From Octopus sinensis (Eukaryota): a stretch of DNA of 64,000 bases. The notes under the pieces are model-generated. The model had not been told where the DNA came from and did no database searches. It saw only the letters and a program-made list of their open reading frames with translations. Where the stretch lies: contig NC_043002.1 of assembly GCF_006345805.1 (NCBI RefSeq), forward strand, positions 37,324,001 to 37,388,000. Reading direction: 5' to 3'. Of the stretch, positions 1 to 12,479 are shown piece by piece. Position numbers and translations under genes: made by a program. Each line of letters opens with the position of its first letter. Position 1 is the stretch's first letter.

Positions 1-580
1 TGCAGCAGGTTTTTGAAGCAACAATTTAATTGGATGCCCTTCTTGTGAACCTTATTAATTACTTCTTCTGGCATGCAGGAATGTGGTGTAAATATTCTAA
101 AACTAGAATATGCACAGTATGCAGTGTTAAGTACATTATGACTGAAAAAATTCAGAGAGGATTATCAATGCTGGAATGCCCTTGATCATGTTTGATTAGT
201 TAGTGCTAAGCCTGTGGCTAAACTACAAGGATGATGACCATATCAGTTAAATATTGAAGTATGTATGTATGTATGTATGTATGTATGTATGTATGTGTGT
301 ATGTATGTATGTCATTATTCAGTTTTATTTCAAGATTTCTTGCCAATAGAGGAAGAGCTGGTCTCCAACTTAGATTCAGGGCTCCTTCATCGGAATTTCA
401 ACATCAACAGCAGGGTATTTTTGTTTGTATGTATGCATACATGCAGATTAGTATGTTTTTTTTAATGTATGTATTCTCATGCATATAGTTGCATATATAG
501 ACATAATCATATGTATCTAAATGATAAACTTCTGGAAAGTTTTACAGATTTTTACAGTTCCGGTGATGGATTGGATCTGT

Positions 581-790
581 AGAAATCATTAGCAATGTCT
601 TCCCACTTTTTTAATGTTCATGTGGAGAAACTTCATGTCACTCTTGCAAACATCATTGAAAAGAAGATGAAGGTTCTCCTTGTGACTTTTTACAGGATGC
701 CAGCTCACATATAATAGGTACAAATAGCTGGGTACATGACCCAACCAATGGAGGCATCATTGTTGCAGTTGGATAAGAAAGCTGAGATAA
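581..790 (-). mobile_element. RTE-clade LINE remnant (C-terminal RT region, frameshifted)
   Basis: Minus-strand frames give QQ*CLHWLGHV, ELASCKKSQGEPSSSFNDVCKSDMK and KWEDIAND. These match the RTE tail pattern RLRWLGHV...GELASGKR..GRP.LRFKDVCKRDMK...WEDLA.DR. Confidence 0.7.
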
Positions 791-899
791 TGAATAATAA
801 GGAATAATTTTCCTGTATATTGTTACTTTAAATGATACAGTATTTATAATATTTCTCACTAATTTTGTTGTGCCCAGTACAGAAATGTATTCCCTGTCA

Positions 900-1170
900 T
901 AATCCATATATTTAAAGTTTTCTGCCATTTTAAATATAACCACAAGATTTTAAGATCTCTATGAAATCTCATTCTAAATGTCAGTCGGTCAGTTTTCATC
1001 AGACTATCTACATTTCTAAAATTTTCAAAAATGATTTATCATTCTGATAGCTCATCACTTCATATATTTCCAGTCTATCTACACTGAAGCCATTTATCAT
1101 CTTGACAGCTTCTCTTTCTGTACATTCCATTCTATTCACGTTTTATTTTGTCTATGTCATCTCCAGGATT
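900..1170 (-). mobile_element. Possible very old CR1/L2 LINE remnant
   Basis: Fragments DDIDKI, EAVKMINGF, SYQ and a GDLIE-FKIL-like stretch resemble the CR1 RT C-terminus, but need multiple frameshifts. Confidence 0.3.
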
Positions 1171-2304
1171 TCTCGTGATATTTAAAATTACATTTATTAA
1201 ACTTAGATAAAATCTGTTGATTTTAGATTTGGCTTATGTTGTATTTTGTGTTGTAAAAACATATTTGAAGATGAGCCTCTCAATCCTTTACATTTTATTG
1301 TTGAAAAGGCAGTTATATGAAACACCTTAATTGAAGGTGAGAGATATCTGAAGTTGATATTTATTTATTGATAATGGGAGCTGTATTAAACTTATGAAAA
1401 CCTGGCATTTAAGACCAAGACTGACAGAGAAATTTCCTAATGATCAAGTGGGAAGTGACAATGACTCAAAGCCAACCAATTAAATATAAAATGCAAGGAT
1501 ATAAATGTGTCAACATATTTGAAGCAGAATGTTTAATGTTTTTCTCTTCTTTTTTGTTTTCTATCCCAACATTTCTATACTACCAAAAAAAGAAGCATTT
1601 TCATAAGATGGTTCTGCATGTGACATACATGGCATGCAGTAACCTTTCCAAGACACAATCTAACAAACCTCTTTGAGCTGGGAAATAAATGGAATCCCTG
1701 GTGTGTGTGTCTTGTGACTACCCCCTCCTAAGAAAATAAGGAGTCGGCCTGGATATATATAAAAAATGATCATCAAAAAACAGAAGGTAGAATTAACTTT
1801 ATTCAAGAGAGATTTCAACCCATTTTTGTAAGCTGTACATCAGGAGTTCACTGGTTGCCTAATGTCTCCCAGTTACTTGTATTATATGAAGTAATCAGAC
1901 CAGATGCTCTGATATTTTACTGAAGATGTTTTGCAGTTTACTCTATTTTTATTGTCCTACCTCAATAAAGAGCAGATACATTGATGATAATAGCTGAAAG
2001 TATATCCAGGGCTTTCAGTTAATGAAGTGTATTAAGACATTTGGACACATTCATTAGTGATCATATTATTATAGTGACAGAAACTGAAAACAGTGTAGAA
2101 GAAATGAAAGGAGAAAAATAAGTATAAATGTGTGTTCGTGATGTAAAACGCAATAAAATAGTATTACTATGATAATATTTGTTGACAAACCCTAATACCT
2201 AATAAAGGTGGGTAAATATAATATGTTTTAAAAAATCTGTGTTAAAATGAATTAAAAAGTATGTAATCAATTGATTAAATTAAACTTTCATGATAAATAA
2301 AATA

Positions 2305-3479
2305 TTAGGTTGTTTCACATGAAATGTTGTATTTGAAAGGTAACAATAAAATGTTTCTGAAGTGTTAGAGAACGGATTTATTTAATCAAAATATGATCCA
2401 TGTTCATTTATGATGTTTACCCAACATTTTTCTAATGTCATATATTCCATCTTTAAAATAAATTCCATCTTTTGCTGTAATAAACTGTCTGAATGCTTCA
2501 ATTACCTCTTCTCTATTTAAGAATGTTTTATTGCTGATGTAAAGCTCAATATGCTTAAATAAGTGATGATCAGTAGGAGAGATATCAGGGGAATAGGAAA
2601 AATGTTGCAAAATCTCATAATTCAGGCTTTGCAACTTTTGGGTCGTGTGAGGATGTGCATTGTCAAGGAGCAAAATTGGGCCATCTCTATTCAGTAGTCT
2701 GGGTTGCTTCTTTTTCAAATTCTCATGCATACAATCAATTTCTTGGCAATACGACGTTACTGTTACCATTTTTCCTTGTTGCAAAAATGAATAATGAATA
2801 ACTCTCTTCACAGACCACCAAATAGTGACCACAAACTTTTTAGGGTGCAATGGTAGGTTTGGATAGTGTTTAGGTGACCCTCCTGCATCTAATCACTGTC
2901 CTGTTATCCTGCTGTTGTCAAAGAGTATCCATTTCTCATTGCAACTGGTCTTTTCCCAGTTGAGAAAGCAATAAAGAGGACACTTCAAGGCGTCTGTTTT
3001 TTGAATCTTGTTCAGTCGATGTGGAACAAACCTCTCCCTTTTCTGGACTTTTCCAATTTTTTACACGTGTCCAAAAACAATTGTGCAAGATGTTTGGAGT
3101 TCTGATGAAAGTTTTTGAATCTTTGTTCTTGGATTTCGTTCAACCAAAGCACTTAATCCATCATGCCAAATAACTGATTTGGGGCCACCCCTTGGTTTAT
3201 TTTCAAGGCAATCATCTCCTGAACAAGAGCTTTGGAACCGTCTCTGAACAGTTCTGATGTCAACAAAACCATTACCAAAGGCCTGCCTGATATTCCGTAG
3301 AGCTTCTGTGGTAGAGTGACCCAGTTTGTATAAGGTCAGTTGGTACAAATTTTTTATACCAATATTGTTGGGGAAAAAAAAAAGAGTCAAGATTAAATGC
3401 AAGGTATACATAATTGAGTTTTTAAATGACTGAAGTAACAAGTAATTAAAAATGCGACATTTCATGTGAAACTACCAAA
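2305..3479 (-). mobile_element. Full-length decayed mariner (Tc1/mariner, DD34D) transposon
   Basis: Imperfect ~28-bp TIRs (ttaggttgtttcacatgaaatgttgtatt / aatgcgacatttcatgtgaaactaccaaa) with TA at 2303-2304 and 3480-3481. HTH part KLGHSTTEALRNIRQAFG..RTVQRRF..GDDCLENKPRGGP (ORF 3061-3465). Catalytic part LDNAHPH..YSPDISPTDHHLF (ORF 2404-2850). First catalytic D is replaced (SCNEKW); stops and frameshifts present. Confidence 0.95.
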
Positions 3480-3683
3480 TAGAACATCTTTTTTATTTGT
3501 GAGCACTTAGAGATTGATTAGAATGCTTTATGATATTTTTTTCTATCTCTCTGCATCTATTAAAGTCAACTTTTCTTTCATTTTTTTTTTTAGGCTCGGT
3601 AAAAACATATTAACCTAGGGCAGAGGTTTATTGGAGTTGTGAGACCATCAAACTAAGTTCAAATCTCTCTAGGACCTATTTAA

Positions 3684-3890
3684 CCCTTTCATTACCGTAT
3701 TCATTTTGAGATGCTCTGTGTTTCTTTCAATTATTTTAAATATAACAAAGAATTTAGTAAAATAACTTAGTTATCATTAAGCTAGTGTTAGGACCATAAA
3801 TTGTGACTAAGGTTTTGTGGTATATTTTAATTCAAAACTTATGAAAACAAGACATTTATACTACAGAGCCAGAGCCGGTTAACAAAAGGG
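3684..3890. mobile_element. TTAA-flanked MITE (piggyBac-like)
   Basis: TTAA|CCCTTT at 3680-3689 and AAAGGG|TTAA at 3885-3894; no ORF. Confidence 0.75.
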
Positions 3891-4141
3891 TTAAATGGCA
3901 GACACAATCTGTTGCCTGGTTTCATAATACCACTTGACACTGGGTGCTTCCAGTTTATGGATGCCTTCCATGCTCCCTCTCATCCATCTCAGAGGTTTTA
4001 TAAAATGTCATAGACATTGCTTTCCCTTTTGCTAAAGGATAAAAAAAATTCCCTATAATGATATCTAATATAGACAAAGAGGCCTCAAAAGTTTTTTGAA
4101 AGGAAACAGTTTAATTAACACTAAGATGAATCCTGTTTTAG

Positions 4142-4398
4142 AAATTTGTGTGTTTGTGATATAAAACGTAGTGAAATAGAGTTACTTAGATGACATTTCT
4201 TGACAAATCCTAACAATTAATATGGGTGGGTAAATATAATGTTTAAGAAATCTGTGTTAAAATGAATAAAAAAAATGTAATTGATTAAATTTAAATTTCA
4301 AGATAAAATAGAATAACGTTTTTATTTGTGAGTCATTAGCACTTTGATTAGAATGCCTTATGGCATTTTTTCCATCTCTCTGCATCTATTAAGGTCAC
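4142..4398 (+). repeat. Uninterrupted paralogue of the sequence flanking the mariner (2123-2304 joined to 3480-3568)
   Basis: Direct similarity, e.g. gggtaaatataat..aaatctgtgttaaaatgaat and tttatttgtgag..gattagaatgc..tctctctgcatctattaa, with a single TA at 4309-4310 at the mariner position. Confidence 0.85.
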
Positions 4399-5682
4399 TG
4401 TGTCCCTAGCATATTGTTAGAAGAGATTAAAAGTGTTGGCAACATGGTAATAGGGAAGATATCCAGTCATAAAACAATATCACAGGTAAACCAGTCCAGC
4501 CATGCCCATACAAACAAAGACGAGTGGATATAAAACAATGATGATCAATATTTCGGTGAAAAAAATAACTTGAGAATTGTAAGAAATCTAATTCCTTTCA
4601 ATGAATATGAAAATTGTGACATGTAAATAAAGACACACAAATACTTTATTTCTGATTTTAACTTACAATAAATATTAACTTTTATAATTTCGGATTTGCT
4701 TGGGAAACTCTTAACCATTTAGTAATTATATTTCAAATGAAATTTCCTGCTTGTGTGTTTCAGATATCTTCTTTAAGTAATGAAGAATTTAAAGGGTTTA
4801 GTCAAGCAACAAAATTAAGCTAGTGTACTGTTGTGAGTTTGCAGAATCATTAAAGCATCAAACAAAATGCTTTTGTTATGGCTCTTTGCATTCTGAGTTC
4901 TAATCCTGCTAAAGTCATCTTTAACTGTCATTTGACCAGGGCCAATGAAATAAACTGCCAGACATGATTCAATTTAAATTCAAACACTTTGAAATAAAGA
5001 ATCTTGTGACACAGAACCAAAGGTGATTTTAGATGGATTGATCAATGGTGTAGTGTGGGGTATGTAGACTGCACAGGCTGGCCTTTTATACATGTGTGCT
5101 TGCTGTAGCTGATCTTATGCTACATTTAAGGGAGTAGGGTGGCCAAAATCCATGCAATGCCACTGGAGTTGGTATCAAATATTGTTTAAAATTCACCATA
5201 ATTTTTTGGTTAACTATTGTTATAGATTCTGTCATTAATGTGTTAATTTTTTAAAGTTCCCATTTCACAGGATTTGAGCTCACTGAGACCTAGAATTCAA
5301 ACTAATGTGCATGTTGCTGAAGATCTCGTGATTTACCTGGTTGGTTAAAATAAAAGAAAAACCACAACATTATTTCTGTTTATTTCTGAAACAGAAAATG
5401 TTAAAATGAATGCGTAGGTTGAAAAAAAAGACCTGGTTAGCTATTTTCACTTTTCTCTAAAAGATATCTATTTCATAATATATATTTTCTTTACCCTAAG
5501 TAAATACAATATGAACGTCATATTTAACAACCTGAAAATTCTGTTAGAACACTAAATATATCTCAGAATAATTCAATTTTGCAACTTACTCTATTTCAAA
5601 ACCATTTAAATCAGCAATTTGATATTATAAGAACCTGTAGCAAGTATTTCTATTTTAAGGAACATAAGAGTTATGAGTATGT

Positions 5683-5724
<42 letters not shown>

Positions 5725-6329
5725 GTATAAATTTGTTCTTTATTAAAGAAGGAACTGTCAATGAAAAGTTATCCTTTTCTTTTCATATGAGGTTTTAGTT
5801 TTAGCGTTGAATTAATAAGTGTAACTATATTATGACATTACTGTTTTTGTAACAAGATCATAGATACAATGTAACTAATTAATAAACATATATGGAGTCA
5901 TATTCAAATGTGCATAAATCTTGCTGTTAAATTAGATCCACAACAATAGCTTGGGATGAAGATCAAACCAAAAGGCTTTGTTGTGTTATTAACAATTCAT
6001 CTGCATTCATTCACTTTTTAAATGGTGATAGTTGTAGAAGGTTTCTTATTAAAATGTGAACAAAACATAATGCATGTGATTTACATCATGCTTCAATGTT
6101 GATAGCTTGATGTCAATTATGAGAGGACCAATGTATCTTATCCTCTATGTGGTGCTGTCCTTGTGGTGTGATAGCCTGTATGCTTCAATGTCCCTCAGAG
6201 TCAAGCCAACAAGGCACAAGGTCCTTGTAGATCCTCCCTTGTTGCACAGGTCAAAAATAGAAGCCAGAATAATACAGAACACCCTTGAGGTAAAAATGGG
6301 TTTGTATAGGACCAACACCTCTACCTAGA

Positions 6330-6560
6330 AAAAAGCAAAATTACTGAAGCATCAATGACAATTCAAAACCAGTAAGACCTGGGAGAGGAAGGCCTTCCCC
6401 CAGGGAAAAATGTGACAGAGAGCAGCAAAATCTGGAAAGAAGCTGCAAAGAAGAAAGCAGGGATCCAATCAGAGAGAAGCAAAAGAGACAGTGCTGAGTT
6501 GAAAATAATTAAGAAAAGTCGCTGATGGCCTATGCTCTATAATGAGTGATAGGCTAAAGG
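6330..6560 (+). mobile_element. Old RTE LINE 3' remnant
   Basis: RPGRGRP followed, after a frameshift, by VADGLCSIMSDR, like RTE termini (GRP...W...V.GLCS). Confidence 0.4.
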
Positions 6561-6602
6561 GAAGGGAGTATGTAGCTCATAATGGGTAAGATATGAAACT
6601 AT

Positions 6603-6796
6603 CAGGGGTATATATTCTGGGTGTGCTAGGTGTGCACAGCATACCCATCGTAATTAGAAAATTCATTATAAAAATTAACCATACTCATTAATTTAATCAC
6701 AAATCTTCATGGAAAACTTTTGTTATATCCCAACTTGAATTTTGGTGGCATTGAGTATGATAGCACATCCAATACAACAACCACCATATGCCACTG
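6603..6796. mobile_element. hAT-type MITE
   Basis: Termini caggggtata / tatgccactg; 8-bp TSD gaaactat (6595-6602) / gaaactac (6797-6804). Confidence 0.7.
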
Positions 6797-6865
6797 GAAA
6801 CTACATATGGGGAGGTTCCACCTCAGTGATTTCAAGGTTTTGGGAAGTATGCAGATATCTTTTAA

Positions 6866-7085
6866 CCCTGTAGTGTTCATATTATTATGTCAAAGGTAAT
6901 ACTTATTTATTCACATTGTTTTCAATTAATCATGCATTATCTTGTAGCTTTGAGATTTTGATGATGTGATTGCTTATTCTTAGAATGACCTTGTAGGGTA
7001 GGTGTGACATGCTAGATCAGGCCACTTTGAACATAAAACATGTAAAATATTTGGGCAGCATATAGCTGGTTTAAGTGCTAAACAG
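6866..7085. mobile_element. TTAA-flanked MITE (piggyBac-like), family shared with 18188-18880
   Basis: TTAA at 6862-6865 and 7086-7089; internal sequence aligns to 18188-18292 plus 18784-18880. Confidence 0.75.
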
Positions 7086-7503
7086 TTAACCACCTTTATT
7101 CCAACCCACTGTAGACTAGGGTGGTAGCATTTGTCAAAGACCCCAGATATTGTTGAAAGAGTGGAAAAGGGTCCTGTTATTAGAGGAGAGCTGGCTCCTA
7201 GATACATGTCACACATGCTTACCTGCATGTGGATATGCCCTGATGTTACATGAACCAGTTCATACACCTAAAGGTTAAATGGGCCAGGTACCTTAAGTGT
7301 AAGCATGAGAGAGCAGGAAGCTAACAGAGTAAAATACAAAGAACTCAATGACAAGAACTATTGCTATATCTTACCCAGGAAAAATAATGAATTTGGAGAC
7401 TTGGGCATGGAGGTCCATAATTACTGATGCCTGTAGAACAGGCATGGTACATGAAGAGAGAGAAGCGGGAAGATAAAGGGGGTGGCAGAAAGAGGATATA
7501 TAA

Positions 7504-7557
<54 letters not shown>

Positions 7558-8945
7558 CACTGTTGCATGGATTATGAATAAATAAATAAATATACAGCCA
7601 TATCCATAGTAACTATTATCTTAAAAGCTTATTCACTTAGTTACAAATGATAAAGTAAGGTTCTTTCCCAAGAATAAAATTCTTCAAAATTTCTTCAAAA
7701 AATGTGATATCAGTTTTGTGTCTGTATGTGCATGGGTCTGGGAGTCTAAATTTATTTCTGTGTATGTCTATGCATGCTTCATGTACGTGTATGAAAAAAA
7801 TGTGTGTCTATCTATATCTATACACACAAGCAATGCGTGCACACACACAAGCAACGCATGCATGCACACACACACACCCATACACATGTGTATATGTGTG
7901 TATGTATAGTATATATATGTATATACACATAGCTTCCATTAAGCAAAAGCAATTTTAATTTCTTAAAAGACTAATTTTGAAAATAATAAAAAAACTTCTT
8001 TCCTTGATTGTATATTCACTATTATTCAAGTATATTAAAACTGATTTTTTAAGAAATATTTTTTAACATCAGTGTCTATTATTGATGATTGTATGAATTG
8101 TTACAGCATCTGTTATACTCTTGGGGACTTTTCTGGGAAGGAAACAACAACAAAAAACAAAAAATAACTGGTGTGTTTCATGAATTTGCATGTCATTCGA
8201 ACCAATGACATAAGCTCTGCTTTGCTAGAAACAACAGCAAAATTTACTTGGTCATGGTTGAGTGATTAAGAAGTTTGTTTTACAGTTACATGGTTCTGTG
8301 TTTGAACCCACTGTGTCACTATATTTTCAGTGTATGTTTACTATCATAAGCAGTGAATGGAAACCCATCACTTATGTCCAGTTCTTTCCATAGTTATGAT
8401 CAGATTGTTTGTTATTTATAAGATCAGGAGAATTATTACTTGACTTTGAAATAGGTGAGGTTATCCATCCATAGAAAACTCTGCCCCAACATTGTCTTGT
8501 GTAACCCATGCAAGCATGAAAAAGCAATGATGTCAATATGTAGTTTAGGAGTTCTGGAGTCGTGGGGAGCATGGAGTCACTCCTTACATACTATTACTCT
8601 AAGGTTCATTCTGATCTGGAATGGTACTACTTATTAGGGTACTATCTATGAGTTAAATAAATTTCCCAGGGGAAGAAGAGACTCCTGATATTTTTGACAA
8701 AGCTGCTGGGGAAGGCAGCTCTCTTAGGAAAAAGATATTCTGACCTAAAACTTACCATCAAAATGGTTTCTGTCATCATGCAATGCTTGCCACTGGAACC
8801 TACTATGGTGACTGAGAGAGTAGCAAAATTGGTATACAAGCTTTTGTCACTTAAATCCAATGATGTACAGATGTTTCACTATCTGAATATGAAATGGCTA
8901 TCGTCTGACAAAATGAGGCAATCAGAAATATGTGTATACACATAA

Positions 8946-9219
8946 ACTCTTTACTCTTTTACTGGTTTCAGTCATTTGACTGTGGCCATGCTGGAGCACT
9001 GCCTTTAGTCGAGCAATTCGAGCCCAAGACTTATTCTTTGTAAGCCTAGTACTTATTCTTTTGCTGAACCGCTAAGTTATGATGACGTAAACACACCAGC
9101 ATATAAACACACTGAGGCTATAGTGAAAGACACTTGCTGAAGGTGCCACGCAGTGGGACTGAACCTGGAACAATGTGGTTAGTAAACAAACTACTTACCA
9201 CACAGCCACTCCTACACCT
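8946..9219 (-). mobile_element. tRNA-derived CORE-type SINE, family A (internally deleted)
   Basis: Same head (ggctgtgtggtaagtag..ggttcagtcccactgcgtggcacc) and tail (gctccagcatggcc.cagtcaaatgactgaaac) as 37791-38184. Confidence 0.85.
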
Positions 9220-10514
9220 AACTTGATATTTTAAAAATAGCCTCCAGGATGTAAATCTTTTTAGTTTTTGGTTGGCGTTTTTTTCTACATTGGCTGAGTT
9301 AAAAGAATTAATCTTTAATACATGAGACACTTGAGATAGAGGAGATTAAAGAAACATACTTTCCAAGATATGATATTGAACCCATTTGTAATGATGGGCC
9401 CCTAAAAATACAAAAAAATTCAATATTTCAATAATTTTGGAAATTGCCTAAAACTATAAATGGCCAAAAAATCTGACCGGTAACAGCTATGGAACTAAAA
9501 TTTTCATGAATTACTCTTCTCATGGATACCAACAAATGGTGTAAATCTGAAGAATATTTAAGAACCTTCACGACGGATCCTTGTTGAATTTCACTGGAAT
9601 GACCTGTATGTATCTATGTATGTGTATCCATGTATTTGTACATGTATATGTGCATACCTGTATGTGTATACCTGTATGTATATACTATCAAGTACTAGTC
9701 ACTTGCGAGTGACGGCTGCACTTTTGTACATAGTTGTGTGTTGTGCATGTGTGTGTGCACGTACTTGTGTGTCAGTCTTCCCCCTAAATGCACAAACACC
9801 CAACTACATATATACGATCAAACAGACTACTCCAAAGAGATTGATGCTAGTCTGCGTCAGCAAGACTTGTATTATTTAGTAAAATCGATAAACAGAGTAC
9901 AGTGAACTTCCATCGATTTTAATATGTGTGTGCATGCATGTGCATGTGTGTGTGTGTGTTTGTGTGTATTTCTATGCATATATGCATGTTTATCTTTTGC
10001 TTTAAGAATGAAGTTCAATGAGATAAGCTAAGTTAGCAGACACTCCTTTGTTAGTCTCTCCATCAGAAATGCAGCGAGCCAGTGATTTGCCAGTTGGAAA
10101 CCTGAAACCAATGAAACTGTTGTTCGCAAACTATGATATAAAGTAAATAAATCTCTCTCAAGTCACACCCTTAAAACAGATAATGTAGTCCCTGATAAGA
10201 CTGGATGATGGTCTTGTCTAGAATTCCTTTGATCATAGCACTGCTCAAAACTGGGACTAACCTGTGACTAAACAGCAACAGCAACAACAATAACAACAAC
10301 AATACTGGAAAGTCAAGCCAACAAGAGATCCTCTACATGGTCAGTCAATTTGTTAGAAAGAGCAGCCAAATCTCTTTTTTTTAAGTCTGATGCTTATTCT
10401 GTCAGTTTCTTTTGCCAAACTACTAAGTTATGGGAACACTAACAAACCAACACCTGTTGTCAAGTGCCTGTCCATGACATTCTCTGACAAATACAAAGAC
10501 ACATACACATACAC

Positions 10515-10557
<43 letters not shown>

Positions 10558-10627
10558 AGAGTAAGCACATAAATGTGAAACAAGGTGGAAAAAAAGAGTA
10601 CTCAAATACCAGAGGTAGAGTAATATG

Positions 10628-10786
10628 CTTTATTTAAAAGCAGCAGAAATATAACAAAAGCTGTTACTCAGAGTTTCACATTCCCGTTTGTTGGGCAGTT
10701 TTTTTTTTAACAAAACTGTCTGACGAATGGGAACGTGAAACTCTGAGTAACAGCTTTTGTTATATTTCTGCTGCTTTTAAATAAAG
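10628..10786. repeat. Fold-back (inverted) pair of Penelope-like terminal repeats
   Basis: ctttatttaaaagcagcagaaatataacaaaagctgttactcagagtttcac...(10628-10702) is mirrored by 10712-10786; ~75-bp arms with few mismatches. Confidence 0.9.
10712..10758 (+). ncRNA. Minimal type-I hammerhead ribozyme (Penelope-associated)
   Basis: Stem I aaaactgt/acagctttt; core CTGACGA (10720-10726); stem II ATG-ggaa-CGT; GAAA (10737-10740); near-palindromic ACTCTGAGT in place of stem III; cleavage triplet GUA (10747-10749). Confidence 0.8.
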
Positions 10787-10820
<34 letters not shown>

Positions 10821-11544
10821 ATTTCAACCTGCAAATATACTCACAAGGCATTGGTTAACCTGAGGCCATCACAGATGGTTTTGCTCAAGGTATCATGCAG
10901 TGGTACTAACCTGATGTGAGTCAATAGAAGACATTGCTAATAATGTAGTTGAAAATTCTCATTTTGGTGTCTATATACATTCAATTCTCTATGATCAATT
11001 AGTTCAATACCCTCTAGCAGAAAGTCACCAAATATCTTCCAAAATATAGATTTTTTTTTAAAGCATCACATTTTTGAAATTTAATAAAGTAGAAAATGTT
11101 CCAGAAAAGTTTGTTAATATTAATATAATGTACATAATACAGTTTACTGACATTAATAGATTTTGCAATATTAAATTGCTTTCCTATAAAATAAAATAAA
11201 GCTAAGAGCTCTCAATAAACATTGTTAGTAGATGTAATGATTTCGTGTTTCTTTGTTTTACTATTTTTCTTTAAGATAAACATTCTTGAGAATGGTTGTT
11301 TGTGCAGAAGAAAAGGCAGAAAGAACAAGAGACGAAACTATTAGATTGATGGAGGGTCAAATAAATACCTAGATGTGTCAGGTAATAGATTGACTATGAT
11401 AGGTCAGCTAAAATATATAGTAGAATAACTTTATTTCAACCTCTCAGTTATTAATTCAGTGGTAGAAGAAAAAGTATTTGGAGACTATGTAAGTGTGTAT
11501 GAAAGAGAGTGAGAGAGAGAGAGGGGGGAAGAAAGAGAAAGGGT

Positions 11545-11577
<33 letters not shown>

Positions 11578-11799
11578 TGATTAGTAGACAGATAGATAGA
11601 GTAAGAGAGAAGGAGAGTATGTGCGTACGCAATTAGATTTAAATAAAGACAGAGAAACAACATTGCTACCAGCCATTCTCTTTTGCATTTTCACTGCTGA
11701 AGCAAAACAGAAAACATAGAAGAGCAATACTTTCAGCACTACTAGGAGAAATGGGAAAAAGTGACAAAGAAGCAAAGTTACCCCTAATGTTCATCATTC

Positions 11800-12425
11800 A
11801 AAACATTAACGTGTTTCCTCTGCAAATTGAACCTGCATATCAAGGATTCGGACATGCACTCATCAAATGATCTACAAAAACTGGCACTCCATTGGTTACA
11901 ACAATAAGGGTTCCAGTTGATCTGATCAACAGAACAGCCTGCTCTTGAAATTAACATGCAAGTGGTTGAGTATTCCACAGACATGTATACCTATTTCTAT
12001 TTCTTTACTACCCACAAGGGGCTAAACACAGAGGGGACAAACAAAGACAGACAAATGGATTAAGTCGATTACATCGACCCCAGTGCATAACTGGTACTTA
12101 GTTTATCGCCCCCGAAAGGATGAAAAGCAAAGCCAACCTCGGCGGAATTTGAACTTAGAACGTAATGGCAGATGAAATACGTCTACGCATTTCGCCCGGC
12201 GTGATAATGTTTCTTAATCTAGCTTTCAGAGAGATCCAGCATGACACAGAATGTTACAAGGTTGGCTCTTTGAAATACAAGTGCTACTTATGCTTTGCTT
12301 GCTGAGTGACTTGAGCAATGTGAAATAAAGTATCTTACTCAAGGATGCAATGCACTGCCAGGAATAGAACTGATCTTACAATCATGAACCAAGTATCTTA
12401 ACCACTAAGCCATGTGCCTTTACTA
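11800..12425 (-). mobile_element. SINE family D interrupted by a family B SINE (~11987-12216)
   Basis: Outer parts align contiguously to the intact copy 19491-19815; the inner part matches 36838-37063. Confidence 0.8.
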
Positions 12426-12479
12426 AATAACCTATAAATGAAGAAGAGGGTCATCTTCAAATTCGATGGACCACCAACT

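Noticed and set aside
365-400. CCGATGA-AGGAG hammerhead-like start on the minus strand
   Set aside because: No GAAA or stem closure recoverable in this copy; kept only as context for the U4C variant.
7200-7420. Possible RLE remnant (EANRVKYKEL..LETWAW)
   Set aside because: Too degenerate; it needs several frameshifts to fit a CRE/R2-like motif.
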